DNA from: a virus
Taxonomy: Duplodnaviria; Caudoviricetes
IMG/VR virus record: IMGVR_UViG_3300044695_006206
Coordinates: 1-57,596 of that record
Length of the DNA: 57,596 bases
Direction: 5' to 3' (one strand)
The number at the start of each line of letters is the position of its first letter. Within the stretch, counting starts at the first letter, position 1. Both the position numbers and the translations under genes were made by a program. The notes under the pieces are model-generated. The model had not been told where the DNA came from, made no database searches, and saw only the letters and a list, made by a program, of their open reading frames with translations. Below are positions 27,761 through 37,500 of this stretch, one piece after another.

Positions 27761-28954
27761 TTAGGCATTGCTGCGCTGAATCACCAGCGTGGACTGGTCG
27801 AACGTCGTGCCAGCCCCGCCGGTCTTCAGGAGGGCCTGGAACGGGAAGGTGGCGACCACGCCCCCATCCGGGCCGACCGTCTTGTTCACGCCCGTGAACT
27901 TCACCCGCTGCATGTTGACCACGAGGAAGTCCTTCGGGTCGGAGCCGGCGGCCTCAAGCTGCGCGACGATGTCCACCTCGGCCTCGTTCATGAAGACGTT
28001 CAGCAGCGCCGCGTCATCGAGGTAGGCCGAGACGTTGCCGGTCACGACCGAGCGGCCGTAGAAGATTTCCGGCACCGACTGCGACCCGACCACAGGCGTC
28101 GAGGACAGGTTGTTGTTGATCGTCAGGTCCAGGCCCGTGACGATTGCCGACGCAGACCCATTCAGCGTGAGCGAGCCGTTCACGCCGGCCAGGACGCCCG
28201 TGTTCGGCTGCGCCGCCGGGTTCGTGAAGTAGGGCGCCCCTGCACCGGAGCCGACCGTGGCGTCCTTGCCCTGGAAGCTGAAGTTCGCCGTCGCGATGCC
28301 AGAGGGCGGCAGGCTCAGAGCCATCTCACCCACGCGCATGCCCGTGAACAGTTCGTTCACGTCGATCTCGCTCATGTACTGCTCGATGGTGAACGAGGGC
28401 GTGAGGATGCCGTTCACCAGCTTGCGGCCCTGCACGGCCACCGTGAACGTGGTCTGGCTGGTCATATCGGCCGGCGCGGGGAACACGGTCATCTGCGTCG
28501 CGGTGAGCGCCGTGATGCGGAAGTTCCGATTCGCGTTCGGGCCGGTGATGGTGCTGAAGCGCACCACGTCGCCGACCTTGAAGCCTGCCGTGATCAGCGA
28601 GCCTGCACCGAAGGTGAATCGGCTCTGAGCGGCAGCAGCCAGGACATTCGTCAGCGTTGTATTGGTCGCCGAGACGCCGGCCACCCAGGTCGAGCGCAGA
28701 GCCGCCGCGATGAGGTCATCGAAGGACTGGATCGACAGTTCGGTATTCACCACGCCCTGGGCGCGGCGCGTGCCGTGGCGGGCGTCGCTGATCTGCTGGT
28801 CGGCACGCACCTCATTCGAGGTGAACGCGTCCTTCTGGGCCGCGAGGGTCGAAGACACGCGCCGCAGAGTGTTGCCGGCTGCGCTGGACGGGGCGCCGAA
28901 GGTAGTTTCGGCCCCGTAGACCAGACTGACATTCACATTCGACTGCAAAGCCAT
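27761..28954 (-). CDS. Major tail tube protein
   Basis: ETTFG...LRR...L.......SNEVR.D.Q..D.R.G, SFTIEQ; position in the tail module. Confidence 0.85.
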   Translation of the reverse strand: MALQSNVNVSLVYGAETTFGAPSSAAGNTLRRVSSTLAAQKDAFTSNEVRADQQISDARHGTRRAQGVVNTELSIQSFDDLIAAALRSTWVAGVSATNTTLTNVLAAAAQSRFTFGAGSLITAGFKVGDVVRFSTITGPNANRNFRITALTATQMTVFPAPADMTSQTTFTVAVQGRKLVNGILTPSFTIEQYMSEIDVNELFTGMRVGEMALSLPPSGIATANFSFQGKDATVGSGAGAPYFTNPAAQPNTGVLAGVNGSLTLNGSASAIVTGLDLTINNNLSSTPVVGSQSVPEIFYGRSVVTGNVSAYLDDAALLNVFMNEAEVDIVAQLEAAGSDPKDFLVVNMQRVKFTGVNKTVGPDGGVVATFPFQALLKTGGAGTTFDQSTLVIQRSNA

Positions 28955-29002
28955 CTCGGGCCTCCTTCAAGAAGTGGCGACCCGCGTGGCGGGTCCAGGG
29001 AT

Positions 29003-29422
29003 TCAGTTGCTCGTGTAGGCGACGACGGTGATGGTGAGCGAGCAGTTGAGCCAGTCCGGTTCCTGAACCAGACCCGCCCGGGTGGCCTGCTGCACTACAC
29101 CCGTGTCGTTGCCATACACGAGGCTCGTGCCGGGACGAAACGTCTCCAGGATCGCCCCGGCGATGGCATCCACGGGGTTCGTGCCGCCGTTGGCCGGGAA
29201 GTGGAGCGTGAAGCTTGCGTTGATGGTGTGCGCGATGGTGCCGCCCAGGCCGAGCGCCCGAACGTCGGACGACAGGGGGCGGAAGCTTTCAGAGAGGTAG
29301 GGCGTGCCACGCACCGGGGTGAACTCGCGGCCTTCCCACGCCTGAGCCGGCAGCCCAGGGACCGTGAGCAACCGCTGCCGGATGGCAGCCCGGATGTTCG
29401 AGTGGACCGTCGCTGCCGTCAT
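29003..29422 (-). CDS. Tail terminator (DUF4128-like)
   Basis: AWEG..FTP....PYL...; position upstream of the tail tube. Confidence 0.7.
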   Translation of the reverse strand: MTAATVHSNIRAAIRQRLLTVPGLPAQAWEGREFTPVRGTPYLSESFRPLSSDVRALGLGGTIAHTINASFTLHFPANGGTNPVDAIAGAILETFRPGTSLVYGNDTGVVQQATRAGLVQEPDWLNCSLTITVVAYTSN

Positions 29423-29814
29423 TTCGCGCCGAGCCTCTTCGCCACCGCCGAGACAATGTTCTTCCACTGGCTGACGGTGTCAGTCACGAAGAATCGGCCC
29501 TTCATCTTCGAGGTGCCGAACTCCACGAAGCGTGCGTACTTCGCGTTGTTCGTCATCCAGAAGGTGTCGCCCGCCTTCATGTTCGAGACGGTCAGCCCGA
29601 TGTCACCCGCCGGGTTGCCCTTGCCATCCGCCGCCTGCGGCTTGCCCAGGCTCGGCTGCCAGGACGAGCGCAGGAAGCCCGTGTCCACCGGGGTCCGGTT
29701 CACGACCCGCGCGCTCGCCTCCTGCGAGGTCTGGCGAGCGAGCGCATCCATGCGGTCGCTGTTCGCCTTGGCCCACGCGGAGATGTCGGCGCTGAACTGG
29801 CGGCCCGTCTTCAT
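29419..29814 (-). CDS. HK97 gp10-like tail completion protein
   Basis: TPVDTG.LR.SW...NN..YA..VEFGTSKM. Confidence 0.85.
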   Translation of the reverse strand: MKTGRQFSADISAWAKANSDRMDALARQTSQEASARVVNRTPVDTGFLRSSWQPSLGKPQAADGKGNPAGDIGLTVSNMKAGDTFWMTNNAKYARFVEFGTSKMKGRFFVTDTVSQWKNIVSAVAKRLGAK

Positions 29815-30183
29815 CTACCGCTCCGCGTAGGCGAGGCTGTAGATCGCGCCGTCGGCAGCGGGATCGTAGGTGGTGGCCCAGAAGATCGTCCAGGCCGCGC
29901 CCTGCCACTGCACGAGGTCGCCCGGCTGCGGGCGGATCGACAGGCCCTTCTGCGCCATCGTGATCTCGATGGCGTTCTTGCCCGCGAGAGAGCCGACGCG
30001 ATACTCCGCGCCCTTGCCTGGAGGCAGGACGACCGCCTTGACGGTGTGCGGGGTGTTCGTGCTGGTCTCGATCTGCGTGATCGGGTCGAAGGCGGTCACG
30101 CCCTTGCGCGTCAGCACAAGGGGGGCGCCCTTCTTCTCGATGAGCGCGAGGGCGGTCGATGCCAGGGCATCGTACTTCCCCAC
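29815..30183 (-). CDS. Head closure / head-tail joining protein
   Basis: Position and size; Y..LA.TA..LI...G..L.L.R motif. Confidence 0.7.
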   Translation of the reverse strand: MGKYDALASTALALIEKKGAPLVLTRKGVTAFDPITQIETSTNTPHTVKAVVLPPGKGAEYRVGSLAGKNAIEITMAQKGLSIRPQPGDLVQWQGAAWTIFWATTYDPAADGAIYSLAYAER

Positions 30184-30186
30184 CGA

Positions 30187-30735
30187 TCAGTACCCCTCGC
30201 CCGGGTTGTCGTGCATTCCGTGGCCGAAGTAGCCGGCCGTGCCGCCGCCGAAGAACGGCCCCTCGATGTCCATCGGGTCGCGGACGTACTGGGCGAGCAG
30301 CTTCGCGGCGAACTGGTAGGTCTTCCCGGCCGGCGCGTCGTCGGCGTAGGTCACGCTGATGGAGCCGACGGACTCCGAGCGCACCTTGCCGCCCCGGTCG
30401 AGGTCTTCGTAGAGCGGCTGCGTGAGTGCCTTGAAGGCAAGCTCGTTGCACGCCTGCGCGACCCGGTTCGGGACGCCCGTGATGACGTAGCTCGACCAGT
30501 CGGTGAGGTTCGTGCGCGGGAACTCAAGGGACTGGCTCCCGAGGGAGCGCTCGCCCTTGTAGCGGAACTGCGTGTCGATGTAGCCCGTCGAGAGCCGAAG
30601 CGACTGCTCGATCTTGGCGTCGGCCACCCCTGCGTAGGAGTAGCCTCGCGCGTCGCAGTAGGACTTGAAGGAGGCCACCGACTGGTAGCTCTCCGCATCG
30701 GACCTTCCGGTGCCGTCCTCGACTACCAGCGGCAT
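30187..30735 (-). CDS. Head-tail adaptor (DnaT-like family)
   Basis: LVVEDGTG...AESY.SVA...Q.LEFPR...V..A..ELA...SE.VG.ISV.Y. Confidence 0.8.
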   Translation of the reverse strand: MPLVVEDGTGRSDAESYQSVASFKSYCDARGYSYAGVADAKIEQSLRLSTGYIDTQFRYKGERSLGSQSLEFPRTNLTDWSSYVITGVPNRVAQACNELAFKALTQPLYEDLDRGGKVRSESVGSISVTYADDAPAGKTYQFAAKLLAQYVRDPMDIEGPFFGGGTAGYFGHGMHDNPGEGY

Positions 30736-30745
30736 CCCTACCTCC

Positions 30746-31114
30746 TCACGCGCCCGCGCGCTTCTCCGCGTCCGCCTTGCTCATCGGGCCATCCACGACG
30801 GCCCCGCTCTCATCCAGGACAACGTATCGCCCGAACCCCTGGTGATCCACGCGCAGCTTCGATCCGGCCTTCATCTCGACCGCCGGCTCGGGTGCGGTGG
30901 GCACCGAGGCCTGAACGACCGGAGGCGGCGTCTGCATCGTCTCAGGCGTCGCGGTGTCGATCATGCGCATCTCGAACATCTGGCGCAGGCGTCGAACCTC
31001 GATGCCCTTGGTCTGCACCGCATCGCCCAGGCGATACTCCTTGCCGCTCATCACGAACGGCTTCACGCATCGGAACTGGCTCTGCGGCGAGAATGGGGAG
31101 CGATACTTTTCCAT
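30746..31114 (-). CDS. Hypothetical head-module protein
   Basis: ORF between capsid and adaptor genes. Confidence 0.55.
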   Translation of the reverse strand: MEKYRSPFSPQSQFRCVKPFVMSGKEYRLGDAVQTKGIEVRRLRQMFEMRMIDTATPETMQTPPPVVQASVPTAPEPAVEMKAGSKLRVDHQGFGRYVVLDESGAVVDGPMSKADAEKRAGA

Positions 31115-31207
31115 CTCTGCTTTCTCGTGGGATTCATGACATGAGGGGTGGGAGCGGGCGCCCCTGGGGTATAGGGCTTACCCGCTCCCGATCATCGCCT
31201 TGGCGGG

Positions 31208-32194
31208 TTAGGCGACGATGCCGTCCCAGAACGCGCCCAGGTCGGCCGACACCAGCTTCTGGTCGAAGCTCATGTCGATCTCGACGCGGTCCGCGCCCAG
31301 GTTTTCCATGCGGAAGCTGCGGATGCGGTTACCTTCCGCACCAGCGCCCAGGAGGCCCGTCCACGAGAACGTGTAGCCCGCCGACGGCGTCATCAGCCCC
31401 GGAGCCGGGGTCGAGTACGTCAGCAGGCAGTGCTTGCCGCCGATGAAGCCATGCGAAGCGGCGCGGCCCTCGACAGCGGTGTTCTCGATGGCGTTCATCA
31501 CGAGGACTTCGTCCACGTTGAACAGGCGCGCGAGCGTGTCCGCACCAGCCATCGCCGGGTTGCCCGGGGTCTGGCCGTACTTGATGCGGTCGATCACGTC
31601 CGGGTGGTCGAGCAGCGCGTCGAACACCGCACGGCCGAGAACGAGCTTGTTCGGCTCGAACCCGGTGGACTGCGCGATGCCGCGCTTCGCGAGGCGAACG
31701 TCCTCGATGGGGGTCGAGGCCGCGTCGTTCCACTGGAGGCGGTTGCTGGCGCTCGGGTTGCTGGAAACACCCGTGTACTGCGTCGTCCAGATGCCGGCGG
31801 CGAAGTACTTGGAGGTCCACAGCTTCTCGCGCTTGATGAGAGCCTTGTGGGTCACGAAGGCGGTGGCCTCGCGATCCGGGTTCAGCATCGAGTCGGCGTT
31901 CGAGCGCACCTCGTCCGGGATGTCCTTGTGGAAGGAGAACCGGGGGGCGAAGTACGTCGGGGTGTTGTCGAGCGTGTAGCTGCCGCCCGAGGACTCCGTC
32001 GCCGGGGCGCGGAGTTCCATCTCGTCGCGGTTGAAGTCGCCACGCTCGTAGACGTAGTAGCGGTCCGACTGCTTCGAGACGGGGATGTTCGGGAACACCC
32101 GCGTCGCGATGAAGTTCGTCGCGTTCTGGAGGAATGCGATGCTGATGTTGGTCAGCGGCGCATTGACATGCACGTCACCAGGAGTCGGATTCAC
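31208..32194 (-). CDS. Major capsid protein
   Basis: VHVNAPLTNISIAF.Q....FIA..VFP.IPV.KQSD.YY; 328 aa; follows the decoration gene. Confidence 0.88.
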   Translation of the reverse strand: MNPTPGDVHVNAPLTNISIAFLQNATNFIATRVFPNIPVSKQSDRYYVYERGDFNRDEMELRAPATESSGGSYTLDNTPTYFAPRFSFHKDIPDEVRSNADSMLNPDREATAFVTHKALIKREKLWTSKYFAAGIWTTQYTGVSSNPSASNRLQWNDAASTPIEDVRLAKRGIAQSTGFEPNKLVLGRAVFDALLDHPDVIDRIKYGQTPGNPAMAGADTLARLFNVDEVLVMNAIENTAVEGRAASHGFIGGKHCLLTYSTPAPGLMTPSAGYTFSWTGLLGAGAEGNRIRSFRMENLGADRVEIDMSFDQKLVSADLGAFWDGIVA

Positions 32195-32220
32195 AAGGAA
32201 TCTCCTTCTTCTCTAACCCG

Positions 32221-32598
32221 TTAGGCCAGTGCGGCGAACGGGAACGGGTTGATGAGAACGGGGATGATGTCCCCGCTGGCGGCGCCGGCCAGGGCCACGC
32301 CGATCACGGCATCACCGGCCGTGGTCGCGGCGATCACCGCGCCGTTCGCGTCTGCGGTCACGCGGGCGCCAGCGGTGATGGAGCCACCGGCCTTCGCCTT
32401 GGACACGCCCGCATAGGCGACCGTGGCGGCCTGACCGGCAGCGTTCGGGTCGTTCTGGAGGATGCCGATGGCGAGCGCCGTGGCGTTCGCGACGGCGGCG
32501 CGGCCGTTCGAATCGACGGTGAGGCAGCGGTACTGCTGCGCGGAAAGGTCAGCCGCCGCCGGAAGCGTGATCGACTGGACCTGATTGTCGTAAGCCAT
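32221..32598 (-). CDS. Capsid decoration/cement protein (DUF2190-like)
   Basis: AAADLS..QY...IGILQN.P.AAG..A.V...G.....AG..I.AG..V..DA.G. Confidence 0.8.
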   Translation of the reverse strand: MAYDNQVQSITLPAAADLSAQQYRCLTVDSNGRAAVANATALAIGILQNDPNAAGQAATVAYAGVSKAKAGGSITAGARVTADANGAVIAATTAGDAVIGVALAGAASGDIIPVLINPFPFAALA

Positions 32599-32616
32599 GG
32601 GTGGGTCTCCCTCGCG

Positions 32617-33540
32617 TTAGGCGCTGCGGCGCTTGGCGATATAGGCGTTGTAGATGGCCGGGTTCTGCTCGACGGCCTTCGCGTAGGCCTGCTCGAAGCT
32701 CACCTTGTCGGCGGCCTGGATTTCCTTCGCCTTCGCCTTCAGCACCTCCTCCGGGTTGCCGTCCACGGCCACGGGAGTGCCGAAGGACTTGTAGAGGGAG
32801 GAGGTCTTATCGGCGGCGGCCTGGGACTTGAGCAGCGCCTCGACCTTCGCGGCGTCCGCATCGGTCGTGGTGCCCTTGCGGATGCGCAGCAGCAGCGGGC
32901 CGACCTCGGCCGCGTCGCCGATGCCGATCTCGCGAGCCTTGGCGATGGCCTCGGACTCTTCGCGCTCGGCCTGCATCTTCGCCAGGGCCTCGGTCGCGGC
33001 CTTGGACTCGGAGCGAGCCTTCTCGACCAGCATGCGCACGCCAGGGTCGAGGCTCTTGAGAACCTCCTCCTCGGACTGCGGGGTGGCCGACTTCTTCAGG
33101 TCGGTGATCTCGGCGTCCTTCGCCTTGATCACTTCGTTGGCGTCCACGAGGGCGGCTTCGGCTTCCTGGGTCCGCTTTTCGAGAGCGGTCAGCTTGACCT
33201 CGGCATCCCCGAGAGCCTTCGAGAGGTTCTCGATGTCCATTCGATACTCCACGAGATGAGCCGCGCGAGAGGCGGCGTCGTTGTCGAACGAGTTGCCATC
33301 GTCCGTGGCATCCCCGGACGCATCGTCAGGGGACTGAGCTTTCTTCATCGGCTTGTAGCCGCTGCCCTTCGCCATGCACTTGCCCATCTGCTCGCACTTG
33401 GCGGCATCCGGGCACCCGTCGCACGGCTTGAACTTGTCGCCACCGGCAGCTTTCACGATGACGACACGAGCATCTGCATTCGCAGGCTCGTCCACGAGGC
33501 TCACCTCGGTGATCCTCATGTCGTAGAGCTTCTGAGGCAT
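32617..33540 (-). CDS. Scaffold-like protein carrying the protease terminal strand at its N-terminus
   Basis: Starts with ITEVSLVDEPAN; long acidic coiled coil; ends AYAKAVEQNPAIY. Confidence 0.7.
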   Translation of the reverse strand: MPQKLYDMRITEVSLVDEPANADARVVIVKAAGGDKFKPCDGCPDAAKCEQMGKCMAKGSGYKPMKKAQSPDDASGDATDDGNSFDNDAASRAAHLVEYRMDIENLSKALGDAEVKLTALEKRTQEAEAALVDANEVIKAKDAEITDLKKSATPQSEEEVLKSLDPGVRMLVEKARSESKAATEALAKMQAEREESEAIAKAREIGIGDAAEVGPLLLRIRKGTTTDADAAKVEALLKSQAAADKTSSLYKSFGTPVAVDGNPEEVLKAKAKEIQAADKVSFEQAYAKAVEQNPAIYNAYIAKRRSA

Positions 33541-33542
33541 CT

Positions 33543-33938
33543 TCAGCCCTCCTTCGGCTTGCGGCGACCACTGCCGCCGATGCTGAAGGCCCGGAAGGTG
33601 CCCTTCCGAACCATCTCCTGGATGGAGGGATCGTTGATTCGCATCCCGATCCACCACCCGCGCTTGCCGTCCGAGATTCCGAGAGCTTTCGCGAGTTCGT
33701 CGTCCACGATCACGCTTTCGACGACCTCGCCGATGGCATGGCCGGCGTGCATCGCCTTCGCCACCCTCGCGTCGAGGATGAACTGATGAGCAGATTTCCG
33801 AAGCTCGTCAATGGAAATGATATCACCCTGAGAATCGGTGATGGGATTCTCATCGACGCTGACAACGGACGCCCACCCGCGAACGTATCGCCCGGAAGGG
33901 TCTGACTTCGCGAACTCGAACGTGGTCCCGATCTGCAT
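33543..33938 (-). CDS. XkdF-like prohead serine protease
   Basis: V.GWASV...DSQGD.I...EL..SA..F...MH...G.VVES...GWWIG......V.KG...AFSIGG. Confidence 0.8.
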   Translation of the reverse strand: MQIGTTFEFAKSDPSGRYVRGWASVVSVDENPITDSQGDIISIDELRKSAHQFILDARVAKAMHAGHAIGEVVESVIVDDELAKALGISDGKRGWWIGMRINDPSIQEMVRKGTFRAFSIGGSGRRKPKEG

Positions 33939-34075
33939 AAGCCGGCTCCTTCGCGCGGACTCAACCACATAGCGACGGCGGCTCACAAGAGCAAACGCGC
34001 CGCGCTATCAGCGTGGTGACAACTAGCTTGCGAAGGGAGGCCCCTGAGCGTGTCAGGGGCGCGACAGACGCGCGA

Positions 34076-34549
34076 TTACTCGGGTTCGGCCGGGTAGAGC
34101 GTGTCGATGGTGCCGAGCATCAGCGCGGTGCAATGCTCGATGATCTGGTCGATCTGCCAGCCCCAGACTTCTTCGGGATCGTTGGCATGGTCCTCGACCA
34201 GCCCGCGAAGCTGAATGGCGTAGGTGGCGAAGGTCGCGCGCAGGATATCCACGAGGGACTGGTCCGGGTCTACGTCCTGGCGTTCAGCGCACTTCATGCC
34301 GAGCGCCTCTCGGGTGTTCCACTCGGGGATCGGGGTGAAGCCCGGCTCATTGCCCGAGAAGATGAGGGCCATCCGGTCACATTCGGCAAACGCCGTATCC
34401 GGGCTGGTCGCCTCCAGGATGTTCGCCACGAAGTCCCGAACCAGCCCTTCGATGACGGCCGCATTGCCCAGGTAGCCCTCGCTGTTGGCGACAGCGAGGG
34501 CGGCCTGGAAGATCGTCTCAGATTGAGGAGGCTCGCGGGGGGGCATCAC
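34076..34549 (-). CDS. Acidic hypothetical protein downstream of the polyvalent effector
   Basis: 157-aa ORF starting 12 nt after the ART-containing gene. Confidence 0.6.
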   Translation of the reverse strand: MMPPREPPQSETIFQAALAVANSEGYLGNAAVIEGLVRDFVANILEATSPDTAFAECDRMALIFSGNEPGFTPIPEWNTREALGMKCAERQDVDPDQSLVDILRATFATYAIQLRGLVEDHANDPEEVWGWQIDQIIEHCTALMLGTIDTLYPAEPE

Positions 34550-34561
34550 TGGACTCTATCT

Positions 34562-37500
34562 CTACACATTGGGCAGAGCAACGATATCGACGAACAACTG
34601 CTCTCCTTTGCCGCCCCAGGTTCCGTGCTGATCCTTGAATGGAACCTTTTTCACGGAGCGGACGAGAAACTTCGTCCCGTATGGGAGGACAACTTCACTC
34701 TCCCCAGGGTTGACCGAGATGGCATCACCGCCGCTCTTTGGATTCGGCGCGACGTACAGGCCCTTCACGCCCTCGCCGACAGTGACGCGCAACTGAATGT
34801 CCCCGTTCCAGACCTCTGGCTTCATGCTGGTCGAGATCAGCCCGAAGTCCTTCAGGATTTCGCCCGGACTCGCTTCGAGGAGCTTCATGTTCTTCGCCGC
34901 GTCCGATTTGAAGTAGAACCGCCGAGACAGGATGGTTCCTGGCTTCAGAAGCACCGAAGCCTTGTTGTAGGCATCCATCGCAACCTTGGTCTTCGCGTGA
35001 GTGCCAATCCCCGTCTTCGGGTCGTTCATGGTCTGGTGGCCTGCGCCAGTGTAGTCGCGGATTGCCTGCTGTTCGACCTGGGAAAGCTGCTTGAAGCGCG
35101 CGTAGGACTCCTCGTAGAGGTCTTGCGCGTTCAGCTTGCCGTTCTTCAGGGAGAGTTCCTCGGGCTTCCAGTTATCGAGAGGCGCGCCGGGCGCTTTCCC
35201 GAGGATGGCATAGCGCCCCATGGTCTTCGCGGCTTGCAGAAGCGTTGCCGCCTCCGGGAACATCTTCCCGAGCTTCGAGAAGAGTTCACCGACCTTTCCG
35301 AAGGCGCCAGCGCGCACTGGCGCCATTGGCGCATAGGGCGTGGTTGAGGCCTTCAGCGCATCGTTGAAATAGGCGACGATGTTCTTCGACTTGTGCTGGC
35401 CGATGGGAATCGGCGAGCCGACAGGGTTCCCGCTGTTGTCGATGGGCTGGTAGGTCATCGCCTTCAGCGCATCGACCTTGCCGTCCTTCGCGAGCGCGAA
35501 GATTTGCCGGGTGATGTCGTCGTTCTGCTTGTTGAACGCTGAGATAGACGACAGGCCTTTGCCCGGCCCGTTCCAGTTCGCGAAGTCGGGCGGGTTCGGG
35601 ATGCGGAAGACCGGCTTCGACTGCTGCGGCGCGGGCTTCGGCGCCTGGGCCTTCGCCTGCGCGACGGCAGCCATGCCCGAGGCGGTGGCGGCTGCGGTGG
35701 CGAGCGATCCTGCGGCGGCCAGGGCAGGATGGGTGCCGCCCTTCTGGCCGACGGTCACGAACTGACCAGCGCCCATCGCAGCCAGGACATCGTTCGCGTA
35801 GGCAGCCTGCTTCTTGCCGTAGTGGTTCGAGCCGTAGCCGAGCGAGAGCAGGCCCTTCACATCGCCGCCCCCGGCCAGCTTCTCGATGGCGTCGAGCTTC
35901 GCGTTGTGCGCGACCATGTCTTTCTTGGTCGTGGGCGAGATGTTCGGCTTGCTGAGGTCGCTCTGATATCCGGCCTTGCTCGGCATGCCGGGGTTCGCCC
36001 CGATGCTCGTGCCGGGCTTCGGCGCGGGGGCGGTTGGCGCGATGGCAGCCTGGGCGCTGGCCTTGTTCTGGGCCAGGAGGTCAATTTGCAGGGCGCTGAC
36101 GTATTGCTTCACGGCCAGCGCGTTCGGTGAGTTGCTGCCGACGAGAGTGAACTGGATACCCTTCAGACCCTCGGCGTCGCCTTTCGCATGCACCTCGGCA
36201 GCCTTGTCTGTGAGGGCTTGCCATCCCTTCGAAGCGCCGGCCACCGTCTCCACGAAGACCGGCTTCTTGATCCCAGAGGCGGGCGTTGCTGTGGGGGCCG
36301 CCACGGCTGTGGCTGCCGCTGGAGCCTTCGGAGTGCGAGGGGGGGTGACGCCCGTGTTGGTCACCGCCCACCCAGCTTCCTTCGCTGCCTTCTCCAGCAC
36401 GTCCTTCTTGCGCGCGATCAGCTTCTCGGCGAGCGCGGCCTTCTGCGCGTCATTGCCCGGCCCGTAGGCCTTCACCATCGACTTGATGGTCGCGTCGTCG
36501 ATGGCTTCGAGCTTCTTGGCGCTCGTCGCAAGCTGAGACGAGGTCATGCCGCCATAGACGGACCACGCGGCCGGGTTGTCGGGCAGGCCCGCCACCTTGT
36601 GGCGCATCGAGTTCCACTCGTTGGCGACGTTGCCGAAGGCTTCCCCCTTCGGCGCGCCCTGGGCGCGGTAGAGGATCGCGCCGCCCGGGTCGATGTTGAT
36701 CGCCTTCCCATCCGGCCCGATGACCGTGTTCTCCTTGGAGAGACCGATCACGTCGTAGTTGCCGAGCCATGCGTGGACGGCGAAGTCCGAGCGCACCTTT
36801 GCCAAGTCCTCGGCGTTGTTGCCGAATGGGATCACGTTGTCGATCACACGGGAGGCGACGCCGATGCCGCCGCCATACTGGCCTTCGAGGTCCACGAGCT
36901 TCATCTCGGGCGCGCCTGCGCCGGCCGCGAGGATGAGCTTGGAGGCCAGCACCTCGTTCTTCGCCTGCTCGGTGGCCGGCGGGTTGTTCGATCCCTTGAC
37001 GATCCACTTCACGCCGTCGGCATCGGTGTAGAGGCCGCCCGGGTTGCTGCCACCGGGCTTCGCGCCGATCTTCGTGAGCGCGGAGAGCTTCACCGGCCCG
37101 TTGATCGCATCAGCCGAGGCCGAGGCCTTCGTCTTCGAGCCGAGGTCGGCATCAAGCTGCTGGATGTACTGGTAGGCCTGGGCGTTCCACTTGTCGTGGG
37201 AGGTCTTCGCGTTCCCGCTGGCCCACTTGTCGTAGGCGGGCTTGAGCTTCGCGGCAGCATCCAAGACGGCCTGCTTGTCGCCGGCCTGGGCAGCGGAGAA
37301 GGCGGCGTTCACCTTCTTCTGGTAGCCGCTGTTCTTGCCCTCCAGGCCCCCCGCGATGGTCGGCGCGAGCGTCATCCCGTCGAGGCCCATCTTCTTCCAC
37401 TGTCCGCCGAGAGGGCTGCCGGCATCCCATCGAGCCTGCCCCTGGGAGTGGTGCCCGCCCTTCGGCTTCGCGGCCTTCGAGAGAATCTTCAGTTCCGCGT

